Under the pieces are notes generated by a model. The model was not told the DNA's origin. It saw only the letters and a list, made by a program, of their open reading frames with translations, and searched no databases. This document shows positions 34,501-46,500 of a DNA stretch of 64,000 bases, one piece after another. Where the stretch lies: assembly GCA_013239625.1 (NCBI GenBank), contig MU056756.1, forward strand, positions 806,001 through 870,000, read 5' to 3'. Numbering within the stretch: the stretch's first letter is position 1; each line of letters opens with the position of its first letter. This stretch comes from Lama guanicoe. Its lineage: Eukaryota. The translations under genes and the position numbers were made by a program.

Positions 34501-37500
34501 GCGCCGGGCCTCTCGTGTGTTCAGCGCGGCTCCTGGGTGCTGGCAGCTCACACCAACACCGGCACCACACGGCGATCAGCTTCACTGGCGCGGCTGTAAA
34601 ATGAGGGTTGTTGTTTCGTAGGGGAGACAGTTAGGAGTCTGGTCTCCATCTTGTAGAAGATTCTAGGTTAAAACACGTATTTATGTACCGTATGTACCAT
34701 GCGTTTTATACGTGCACGACACGTGCTGTCCAAGTTCAGGTGTGGTGTGACGTCACTGATGTGTGGGCCATGGTTAACCTCCGACACGTTACGACTCTGC
34801 CGGTCCCAAACTCCTGAGGAAATGCGCCCCCGGGCCCCGAGTGCTGGCTCCTCCCACGAGAGGGACAGGCCGCCTTCCAGCGGACAAAGCGCTTTGACTT
34901 CAGACATGCTTGCTTTGGGAGCTGTTTGTCGGAGACGATGTCATTAGACGCTGTGTTCGCGCCACTGGCCGGGCTGCAGGACAGGGCTGGCTGATGGTTC
35001 TGGTCAGAAGCCTTCCTTCTGTCTTGTGTGGCACGGACCAGGCAGAGGGGCCCCGAATGGACCTCCAGCCAACGTGTGCAGGGAGGGGACTGCTCATACG
35101 GCCTGGCCACTGCCCAGCGAGGATGCCTCACGTCCCCGGTCCCCAGCACCCCAGGTGGCGAGCCTCCAGGGAGGAGCCTGGGCATCAGGGCAGGACCCCT
35201 CGCTGCTCTTCCGCTGGGTCCCTGTGGCTTTCGTCTCTCTGAGCCCCAGACTCCCCACCTGCCCGAAGGGGGGCCTCGAGTCGTCCCTGCAGGGGGCTTA
35301 TGGGGCGAATGAGGTACCCTGTCAGGTTTAACGCAGCATCAGCCACAGAAATAACCCTCCCAGCTCCATAGTGGACGCGGTGACGAGGCCGCGCCCTCAT
35401 GTCCCTGCTGTGAGTCACCGTGAACTCTCCCTCCCCCCGACAGATTGTAACCCAGTGTTTGTCTCCCTGATTAATTGAAACACAATTTAAATAGGTGGAG
35501 GGCTTGACCGAAGGCTCAACCTACGAGTTTAAAATTGCTGCCGCCAACCTGGTGGGGATCGGGGAGCCGTCAGACCCCAGCGAGCCCTTCAAGTGTGAGG
35601 CCTGGACGGCGCCGCAGCCTGGTAAGATGCTCCCCCGACACACTCCCACGAGCCACGCGGGCATGCGCAGGGCGGGCCCGGGACGTGGCCTCTGCAGGCA
35701 GCAGGCCTTGGTCACTGTGGGTGGATTCCAGTGTCACCACCGTGTGCCGGGCTCTGGGCAGAGCTGGGCGTTGGGCTGGGCGTGGACAGCAGGCTGGGGG
35801 TGACACATGTGGAGTAATTAGCACTGAGGTGAGAGGCGGGGACCCCGCTCCCGGCTGCAGAATGAGCCCGGCTCCCCCAGGGCAAGGATGCTGCAGCTGG
35901 AGGTGGGCCCAGCGTGGACCTGGTCCAGGCTCACGTCTCCCAAAGGGGCAGAGGGAGGCCAGCTCCCAGGAGGAGGGGCGAGCCGGGCCCAAGTGGGGAC
36001 CGCAGGACGCTGGTCCCGCTTGTGTGTTAGCTCAGGCCTCCTCCTCCCAGAGCCTGGGCCCCTGGCTCTAAACCGCATCACCGTTCTCACAAATGTGTGT
36101 TTACTCAGGGCTCCACATTTCAGACCTGCCTTCACAAGGGCTGGGCCTCAATGTCTCCGTGTCCAGTCCCTTCGGGTCCCCACGACAATGGAGGACATTC
36201 TCATGTTCTGAGCAAAACAAAACAGGGTGCCTGAGTGATGAGGCTGCAGGGGCCGTGAGCCTGGCTTTCCCTCAGCCCCAGCACCACGCTCAGCACCGCT
36301 CCCACCAGCTTTCTCGGGAAGGCACTGTGTAGCTTCAAGGAGCAGTGACAGCGACCATGTGTCCGTAAGGAGGTGTCCAGTGGTGGCGCCCGTCACAGAC
36401 TCGGCTCTGCTTTTCAGGGCCTGCCTACGACCTGACGTTCTGTGAGGTCCGGGACACGTCCCTGGTCATGCTCTGGAAAGCCCCGGTGTACTCCGGCAGC
36501 AGTCCCATTTCTGGGTATTTCGTGGACTATAAGGAAGAGGATTCCGGAGAGTGGATCACCGTCAATGAGGCCGCCACCACCAACCGTTACTTAAAGGTGA
36601 CGGTGTTGCCTTCTGGGGGAACGCGTTTCATTCCTGTAGGTGACCAGCTCAAAACCCCCAGCACGCTGTGCACGTGGCCTGGGGATCCCTGCTGCGAAGC
36701 AGGGCGGTTCAAGGAGGTGTCCATGTCTCTGCAGACGCGTGGAGTGGGGCTGTGGGGGCCACCTGGACGGGCCTGTTCCCTCCCTCCCGCAGCCTGACCC
36801 CCCCGCTCTGGTCACAGGCTGTGTTCACGGGCAGCCCACAGTGACACCTGGCCTCCATCTCGCCACCCCCAGCCCCCATTTAATTTCCTTAATTCACGTG
36901 GTCGCTGGTGGAGTCTATCTGAGAAGCACACACGGTCACGTGGTGTGAATACGGCTGACAGAACTACGACGTGTGCACTTCTCTATCCTCTTTCCCGCCG
37001 GCATCTCCATTTTTAGCACCTGCAGCGCACCCATCGCGGGGTCAGCTGTGACAGCGGCCTCAGACCTGGAGACCCCGCTGCCCTGGTCCGGGGCTTTCTT
37101 CTCTAGAGTGTGGGCTCTGGGGTGTGGCTTAGAGGGGCCACATCTGAGCGGGTGCAGGGCTGCGCGTGGGGAGGGGGCAAATGGGCGCAGACCTGGGGAA
37201 GGTTTGACGGCATGAAGCAAGATCGGTGTCTTCTGAGCGAACAAAACCGGCTGCGAATCCACCTGAATGAGTTAGTTAGAAAGCAGCTCGTACTTACCTT
37301 ACTGGTGGCTGCCCGTGCCGCCTTCAGTGTACGCCATCTACACACGTGCAAGGGTGTGCCCCCGGGGGGTGCTCGGCACAGTTAAAAATCACGTGTACAG
37401 TGGGTTTTAGTCCCACAGAATTATGGGCCACAGCAACGCCCGATTACAAACTAGATGGTACGATTTCCATTCTGCTTTAAGATATGCCAAGAAAAGGAAA

Positions 37501-40500
37501 AAAGGACACATCAGAACGGGAGCGTCCCCGCTTTTTCTTGCAGAGGACGGTGGCGCTGCCCGTGGGGCTCTCTTCCCTGCTGCTCTCCAGCGTCCTCTGC
37601 GTGGCTGCTCCAGTGGGAAGCACATGTTATTTTTAAAAAGACAGATGTTTTCAGTGAAGTGACAAGTGATGAAAGCATTTTCGTTGCTCTGTTCACGAGT
37701 GACGTCTCGTCTGTCTTTCCAGGTCTGTGACCTGCACCAAGGGAAAACCTACGTCTTCCGCGTCCGGGCGGTGAACGCCAGTGGCGTGGGGCGGCCCTCG
37801 GACACGTCTGAGCCGGTGCTGGTGGAGGCCAGGCCAGGTGAGCCTTGCCTGCTCGGCTGCTCAGGGGCCAGAGCCTCACCACAGCGGAGGTTTGGGGGGA
37901 CGGCGATGGGGCCACGAGGTCATTCTGTGGGGGTGGCAGGGGTGGAGCCACACGCAGGGGTGACAATGGTCTTTCATGTCACTGTGGAGCTTTGATCAGA
38001 AATGATCAAGCCGTTGGCAGTTTTCTTGGCTGCAAGTGGTCAGAGCCCGGCTGAGGGGACCCGCCGGGGAGCTGCTTCTCGGGGCGGGAGGTGAGCCCGC
38101 AGGATGCGTGCGGAGGTGGGTCCCTGGCTCCAGAAGGCGACGAACCGGCAGCCACGTTTTCCCTGGAGACTGCTCCGTTTCGCTCTGTACCGGGCTCCCC
38201 ACTCCTCCGGCTTCCTGGTACGGAGACTGTGTACCTGGCCCCAGGCTGGCGTCTCCTCCAATTCCAGATTCCCCAGGGACAGATGCTGACTGGCCTGTGT
38301 TGGGCCAGGTGTCCACTGGGTCAAAAAGTCACAAACAAACCGACAAGCCCTCGTCCTCCCCGCCCCCAAGGACAAAGTGGAGAGAGTGGAGGCGGGTGGG
38401 TGAGACACGTGCTGTGACCACCCTGCCTGGGCCCCGGGAGCGGGCAAGGGGTCACGTCTCACAGAGAAGGAGGAGCCTCATGGGCGGATCTGCAGCCCAG
38501 AGAGTTTTTTCCATAAAAGGAGATGGTCAGAAACATGCCGTCTTAAAGCAAAACCAAACCCCGAACGGCCCCGCCCTGCACCGGCCCGGGGAGGACTCGC
38601 CCCTTCACACTTGTCCGACGTCCTGTGCGGACGGACAGCAGAAACTGATGACTCGGCGTAAAACGAGCTCTCTGCCGGTGCCGCCGCCTCTCCAAAAACG
38701 GCACCTGCAGGACAGCGTGTTCCTAAGGCACGCTCCGGCCTTGTCGCTCTGCAGGCACCAAGGAGGTGAGCGCGGGCGTGGACGAGGAGGGGAACATCTA
38801 CCTGAGCTTCGACTGCCAGGAGATGACGGATGCCTCGCACTTCACCTGGTGCAAGTCCTATGAGGACATCGCGGGCGACGAGCGGTTCAGGGTGGAGACC
38901 GTGGGGGACCAGTAAGTTCCCGCTGACGCCGGCCGGCACGCCCTCGTATGAGCTCCTGCAGACCCCGTGATGAACGTCCCTGGCTCTTCTTCCCTTTCAG
39001 CTCAAAGCTGTACTTTAAGAACCCGGATAAATCGGACATAGGCACTTACTCTGTGTCCGTGAGCGACACGGACGGCGTGTCCTCCAGCCTTGTCTTGGAT
39101 GAAGAAGGTAACGCCAGAGGGACCGGCTTGCCTTTTGGTTTTATAACACTTCCGAGGGTGAATGCTAACGAGGGGAGCCTTAGTTGCTCAGGAAGAGGGT
39201 GTGTGTTTGTGGGAGTTGGGGGCGGCGAATCTTAACAAAAGCCCAAAATTACTTTGGAGATGACACATTTCTGTCCAACTCTTGTCAGCTCCACCTGTGG
39301 GTCAGAGCCAGCTTTACGAGTTTGTAAGATGATCAGTTAGTGATCTGGAGTGAGCTAGGTAGCACTGGACAGAATCCTCAGATCTACACGGTTTGTTGGG
39401 TCTTTGAAAGCTTCTGAGTCTCCGACAGTCCTCAGTCAAAATGCCTCAAGCTTGATAAGAAAATCCGTCCCTTACCAGCAGGCATCTTGGTTGGCAGGCA
39501 GCTAAGGGTGTGGTCCCAGGACGGGATTCAGGGAGCCGAGGGGGTCGGGGGAGGAGAGCTCAGCTGACGGCTGGCTGCAGGCGTCCACAGGTCCCGCGTG
39601 GACGCTGGGTGAACCAGGTGAGCTGCTGCAGGACCAGCCGGAGCACAGCGGGGAGCATCACGGAGCCAGGAAGCTCCCTGCTCACAGTCAGGCAGGAACG
39701 GGCCAGAATCCACTCACATCTCCTTAAGCTCCCCTTTGGAACCCCAACTCAGTGGTCTTCAAACAGCTTTTTAAGCACAAACCATCCTTAAAGATTCTGA
39801 AAGTGATGTACACCTCGGCACCCTTTGGAAGTTTGCAGATGACATTTTCAACCTTAATTTTAAATACTTGCGAAGGATGAGCATTTCTGGTGCATTTTGT
39901 ACTGTTTGTGGCCCTCAGATATATTTTGGGCAAAACCCTGATGCTGCAGCTTAAGCTGGTTCAATTTCTGGGGGTTCCTTCCGTGAGACGGAGTTGGGAG
40001 AGTCGGTCCTCTCTGTCAGATGAGACCAGGTCCAGTTACTGTCGGTCACGGGAGGTTGGCTTCGTTGTTCAGTTCAGATGAACAGGAGCTACAGACCTTC
40101 GTGACCACAGTCTCATTTCTCAGTTCTAACTTTAAGAGGGAAGGAAAGAGAAGGGAAGAAATGAACCTTCGGTTTTTCTTAACTTGCTCTTGGGACTCTC
40201 AGGAGCAATGCTTTGTTCGGTTTTGGTTCTTCCCCACGTAATGCACCACGGGACATTCTGGGTGGGTGAGAGGGATCCGAGCAGGACACTGAAAGGAGAA
40301 GGCAAAGCAGAGACCACCCACGTTCTCGCCAGCCAGACCCACTTTAGGAAGCAGTTCGTGCGGAATGCGAGGGTCTGGGAGGGATCTCCTTCCACCTCCT
40401 CTCTGAGGGGATGTACCACCCCGCCCCAGCCCCCGCACCTCCAGGCCTCTGCCCTGACCCGTCCTAACCCATCCCGTTAGTAAGCCGGGTATTTAAATGG

Positions 40501-43500
40501 TGAGGATCTGAGTGGGGTCTGCCGCTAACAGACTGGAGGGAGTGTTCGGAGCTAGTTACTCCTCCTCTCCGTCCCACTCCCAGCTCACAGTTCTCTCACA
40601 GCCTCAAATTAAACCTCGGTGATGTCAAGTCTCTGCTTTGTCTAGCTTTGCTGTTGAGAAACTTCTGAACCTACAGGTCAAAATGAGTGATTATCTTGTC
40701 CTTAATTCTAGAGCTGGACCGTCTGATGGCGCTGAGCAATGAGATAAAGAATCCCAGTAAGTGAGCCTGGGTCACCGGAGGCAGGGCTGCACCCTGGGTG
40801 GGGCCCTTCACCCCGTGTGCGGCTCTGGGAGGGGCCTGAGGGGACAGGCTGGCCTCATCTTACGCTCCCGGCTTCCCGCTTTGTCAACAGCTGGTTGAAG
40901 ACAAGGGTCAGCTAGTATTGTAACTTGCAGGAATTTCCATTGCCCGTGTGGGGTTTACTGTGGCCGTTTAATCCAAGTGACGTTTGTGTCCGACGGACCT
41001 TCAGCTGTCGGATTACACAGAGTGCAGGAAGAGCACACCCTCCCGGCCACTGGCCCAGGCTCGAGGGCTTGGGGTGCGACGCCGGGCTAGAGTTCCCTTC
41101 ATAACCCAATTCAACACCCCAGGGTCGCACATTCTCAAAAAGTTTAATAACCAAGATGGGCACTTCGTCCGACAAGCAGCTGTTCTCTCTCGAGGGCTCA
41201 CGCCTCACTGACCGTGGCTCTTTTCTTCCTCCAGCAATCCCTCTGAAGTCGGAATTAGCTTATGAGGTTTTTGATAAGGGCCAGGTCCGCTTCTGGCTCC
41301 AGGCTGAGCACTTGTCGCCAGACGCCAGCTACCGCTTTGTCATTAATGACAGAGAGGTGTCTGACAGCGAGGTGAGTCCACGCGGGAGGGCTCTCTGGCC
41401 TCGGAGCGGGCGGTGCTCCTCGGGGAGGTCAGCTCCTGGAAGTCGGTCATCTGTGTTTGTTTCCCGCCCTTTCGGAGCTGTGGAGATGGGGGTGCGGAAG
41501 CTCGGCAAGGCGGACGAGAGAAGACTGGTTCCTGCGGGGCTCGGAGATTTGGTCCGGGTTGGAGAAGAGATCGGGATGTCGTTAAGTCAAGTCTGTTGGA
41601 ACTGAAAAACGGCAAACTATGTTCTAGGGACGTTGAGCCTGGTTTTGTGAAAAGGTTCAGGTTCAGCGTCTTTGATGGACGTTAATTTGCTCTTTCTTAG
41701 TTGAAGTGTGGTTGATGCCCAGTGTTGAGTTAGCTTCTGGCGTGCAGCACAGTGGTTCAGCTGCACGTACACGTGTGATCTTTCTCCTCACGGCCTGTTA
41801 CAAGCTATTGCACGTCGTTCCCCGTGCTGCACGGTAGAACCTTGCTGTTGGTTTGTTTGCTCTTGATGGTGGTTGTGAGGGCGTGTGCTTGTGCTCGGAG
41901 GTGAGCAGTGCCTCCCCAGGCCCCCCTCCCGCCGCGAGTCCCCCGTGGGAGACCTCGGCTGGGAAACTAGGTTCTGCACCTTCCAGGAGCCTCGGGCTGC
42001 TTCCTGCTGGTAAATGCGGGCAGAGAGAACCGAAGAGCACGCCTGACGCACACACTTTGCCCTGGTCCTACTTTTCATTGAGTGACTGTTACGAGGACCC
42101 CTTTTTCGGCTCTGGAGCGTTGGCTGTTTCCGTCCATCCTTGTCTGTCCCTGCAGGACAGCTGGGAACCCAGTTAAAAGTCAGCCTGTGTGAAGGGGCCT
42201 TTCCTGATTGTTCGAGGGTGCCCTTGGGGTCTCTCTGATCCCGCCACCTTTGCCTTCTCCGCTCTCCCCCGACACCCAAGGCGTTGTGTCTGTTTAGACC
42301 CTGCTGAGTCCTAACTGCCTCACCCGTGTGCCCAGATGTTAACGGAAGAGACGCAGGAGTCGCTCCTGCCGGGTGGGCAGCCCACTTACCCTTCCTCTGA
42401 GCCGGGCTCCTGGCCCCGTCGAGCTGGGTGTTGGATGGGTGTTGAGTAAAGCTGGGATGGTTGGATGAGTATGTCTTGAGAAGAAGTCGAGCATGGACAT
42501 GTGAAGGTGGTGTGAGTCTTCTTACCCAGTCGGTCTTCCCCACGAGGACAGTGACACTGTAAGAATTGTGGTACAGCACAGGGGACCATATTCAGCACCT
42601 TGTCGTGGCTCGTAATGAAAAGAACACGGAAAGGAATACACGTACGCATGCATATGCACATTATCCAGGCGGGGAAGCCATCCCTTAAATCCCAGCTGGG
42701 CTCCCTTGGGAAGGAAGGCCTGCAGGAAAGGTCAGCAGCAAAGGTTACTGGCCTATTGCTCACTCTGGGAGTCGGGTGGGGGTGGTCAAGGCCAGAGGAA
42801 GCGGCCCCCAGGGAGCTTGTGGGCCGTGTTCCCCAGGGGATGGCCCGGGCCCGGCGCCCCTAGCCTGTCGGGAGTCCCTGCATGACGACTGCGTCCAGGA
42901 CGACTCATTCATGGGGACTTGTTCCTCCTGCACCGAGACCCGCTTGATTGCAGACGTCATATCCGGGTGGATAAAACCTAGTCTGTCAGCACCCGTTAAA
43001 CATCTCAGTCCCTGTAGCTCATCGCAGGCAGTGAGAGTGAGTCAGAAGGAGACCTGAGCTCTGGGCGGGCTGGGAGGCATTGGGAAAGGGTCCCCGGGGG
43101 AGGCTGCCCGGATGGGGGCTGTAGAGTCTGGGGACATCAACCCTGGTGCTGTGGTGGTGCTGAGGGCAGGCGGCCGGACCAGCTAGGCTGGGGGGGGCCA
43201 CACGCACCAGTGCCTGGTTTCACTGAGGCTTCATGTGCAAAAGGGAGGGCTCGGCCCGATGGGGGAAGGCTTCCCAGGCTCAAGGTGGATGGACGGTGGC
43301 TCCCCACCAGCCTCCTGCTGCCCCCGCAGGTCCTCGCGCCCTTCCCCACCCTGTCCTGGTGACTGGGCAGCCTCATGTCTCCCCACTGGGCTGGCAGCCC
43401 CGAGGCCATGCCCGGGCCCCTTGTGTTCCCAGCCCCGCCTTGAACACAGTAGGCACTGCTTTGTTATTACACACGTTGCCTGGATGAAGGCTGGTCCAGC

Positions 43501-46500
43501 GTCTGTCCCTGGACATGAAGGCTGGGACGTGCTGGGCATCAGAATGTCCCTAAAGAAAACTTGCTCCATATCACAAAGCAGTGTCCGGAGAGCAGCTCAG
43601 CCCCCGACAGCTACGTGGGCTGACAGGCCTCAGGCGGGCTTCCTCGTTGGGGGTTCAACCAGCACTTGTGTGGTGCTGTCACCCGCCGGGCCCTGTGCTG
43701 GGTGGACAGATGGACCCCCTGTGAGGTGTGGCCTGGAAGGACAGGGGGGCTTAATTGAAGTGTGGTTGGTTTATGATGTTGCGTTAGTTTCTGGCGTGCA
43801 GCACAGTGATTCAGTTAAACATCTATACGTGTGTTCCTTTTCGTATTCCTTTTCATCCTAGGCCGTTACGAGGTACTGAATATAGTTCCCTGTGCGGCAC
43901 AGTAGGACCTTGTGTTTGTCTCTTTTACATGCAGGGGTGTGCATCCGCAAATCCAGAACCCCCAGTTTATCCCTCCGCCCCTCACTTTGTGTTTGTTGCG
44001 AGTCACAACCCCTGAAGGGCCGATGGGGCCGGAGGGAAGGCTGGAGGAGGGGCTTTCGGTGACCGCCCCGCTCCCCCCTGCTCCCAGGCGCACAGGATCA
44101 AGTGCGACAAGTCCACCGGCATTGTTGAGATGGTGATGGACCGGTTCACCGAGGACAACGAAGGGACCTACACTGTGCAGCTCCACGACGGGAAGGCCAA
44201 AAGCCAGTCCTCTCTGGTTCTCATCGGAGACGGTATCGCTGCGTCCATGAGGGGGAGTCAAAGGAAGGTCTTCTCACTGCAGCAAGCAAACGTGTTCATT
44301 TCTTTTTCTTTTTCCCTTTAAATATCGGGTTTAGCGTTCAAGGCAGTCCTGAAAGAGGCTGAATTTCAAAGAAAGGAGTTTCTCAGGAAACAAGGTAGGT
44401 AGTTGATCTGCTCCCTCACCGCGAACATGAGGCAGAGGTTCAGGGTTTGAGTGGCTGCTGGGAGCGGGTCCTGCTGGCCGCCGAGAGACTCCAAGTGCGA
44501 TTTTAGAGGCTCTGTAGAAACGGGGTGCTTTCCTGTTCCTGGATCTTTGCCTTTGTTTCGTCTGCACGTTTCCTCGCTTCACCCTGAACAGCCGCGGGGG
44601 CTGCTGCTGAGGGCTCGAGTTTTCCTGCACTGCCGAGGAAGGGCGCCTCCGCTGGGGAGGTGGAGCCCGGCGGCTGTGGCAAAGGAGGGAGAAGCGCAGG
44701 CCGGGTGGGCCGGGGGCACTGTTAGCAGAGGCGCAGAGAGGGCGGGAGGGGCGAGCCCGGCTGCCAGGGACTCGCTGTTTTACCTAAAACTGTGTGAACG
44801 TTTCAACTTTAAGGCGTTTTAGCTTTTTAATTACAAATAATACATTTAAAATACATTCTTTTAAAAATGCATATAACTAGATACAAAGAAAAATGGATAC
44901 ATTTTAGAATCTGAAATATAACACAAGGGTCTATTTGGAAAATATTTTATTATGGGATTTCTATAGTTTCCAGAAAAAAATTAGAATATCTGAAAATATT
45001 TTAAAAATTAAAGATTTTAAAATACAAAATCAAGGCATTCTTGATTTTTCTTGTTTTTAGTTTTTAAAATTTTTAATAGTCAAAAGATTTTATTTGACTC
45101 ATTTCTACAAGATGATTTTTTTAACTTTGTAGAATATATTTATATGGAAAAAAGCAGTAAATACTGTCTGAATCTGCTTTGTATTTTTTGTATTGAACGT
45201 GTTATACAGCACATAACTTTCCTCTACAATGATTTTAAATAAAATGATATTTTTGAAAGATATAAATTCATCCTTGAATTCAAATGCTGCGTGAGTAGAA
45301 CCTGCGTTTACGTGACAGCGAGGTCAAGCTGCCCTTTCTTCGTCTTACCTCTATTACTTCTCCTCTGGGATGTTGTATGTACTATGCCGTTGGCTGTTCA
45401 GTTAGACACACACCTTACAGAAAAAAACATAGTATTTCGTTATTCTTCTTTCCAAAGAGAAAGAGCTGTTAGACACGGAGGAGCGACGAGGCAGGTCCCT
45501 GCTGGAAACGCAGACGTCAGTCTCAGTGTCCCACACGCTGACCGCAGAGCCCTGGAGACTAGTGATCTTGGTTTCAGGAGGAACAGCTACTTCCTTCTGC
45601 CAGAAATGCATTTATGTGTGTGTGTGCGTGTGTGCACGCATGTGTGCATTTTTAGAACTTCCTCCTTTTTAAAATGTCCCCCTTTGCCCTGCAGGCCCGC
45701 ATTTCGCGGAGTACCTGCACTGGGATGTCACAGACAAGTGTGAAGTTCGGCTTGTCTGCAAGGTGAGGCCCGGGTCCCCAGCAGCCAGCAGTGGGCGTCT
45801 CGCTCCCGGGACGGGTGAGGCGGNNNNNNNNNNNNNNNNNNNNNNNNNNNNGGGGGGCCGTTAGTACCTAGACTTCAGGTCTTGTCGGCCCTTCCTGAAC
45901 AGACCATGGGCCTGCAGGAGGACTCAGGCAGGCAGTTGATAGAGTGAGTTTATGAGAAAGCGTGCTGCGGTGACATTTATCTGGTAATTTCCTTGCGGCT
46001 CATCTGATTTCTCTAGGAAATAAAAGGTGCGGTAGGGGAATCAGGTGCTCCCTGAGTTTTTGTTTGCACAAGTCAGCAGTGAAGTAAGCCTGAATTACTG
46101 GGAAGTATAAAGTCGTGTTTTTGGAGGACCAAGCCTGAGTTTATGGGCCCCTGCGATGTGACGTCGCCAGAGGCTGTGAGGGAGGGGGTCATACTGCTCG
46201 CGGCCCAGGGGCAGGAGAGAAAGGAGACAGGGGGCTCCGGGGAGCGACGGGCCTGCGCTGAGTGCCGGGGGGGACTGGGAGGACGCCGGCCATGAGGGGA
46301 GACTGCCGCCGGAGAGCACAGTTCTGAGTCTACATGGGGTGTAAACTAGAACGGTCAGTCACACAGTCCGCTGTGGTCACTACGTTCCGCTCATTCAGAA
46401 CCGAGTTCTTTCTCGTCCGTAGGACGTGCGTGTCAGAGCAGGTGACTTGAAACGTTTCCTCGCCTTTGGAATTGTGCACAGCTTTGTTTCGAGGTCAGGC

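Noticed and set aside
33333-38520. Isolated perfect CArG boxes (CCAAATTAGG 33333-33342, CCATAAAAGG 38511-38520) and a MEF2 match CTAAAAATAA at 63210-63219
   Set aside because: A few such matches are expected by chance in 64 kb, and they lack clustered partner motifs.
44233-44334. In-frame retention of the 102-nt intron 26
   Set aside because: It contains an in-frame TAA at 44319-44321, so retention would truncate the protein.
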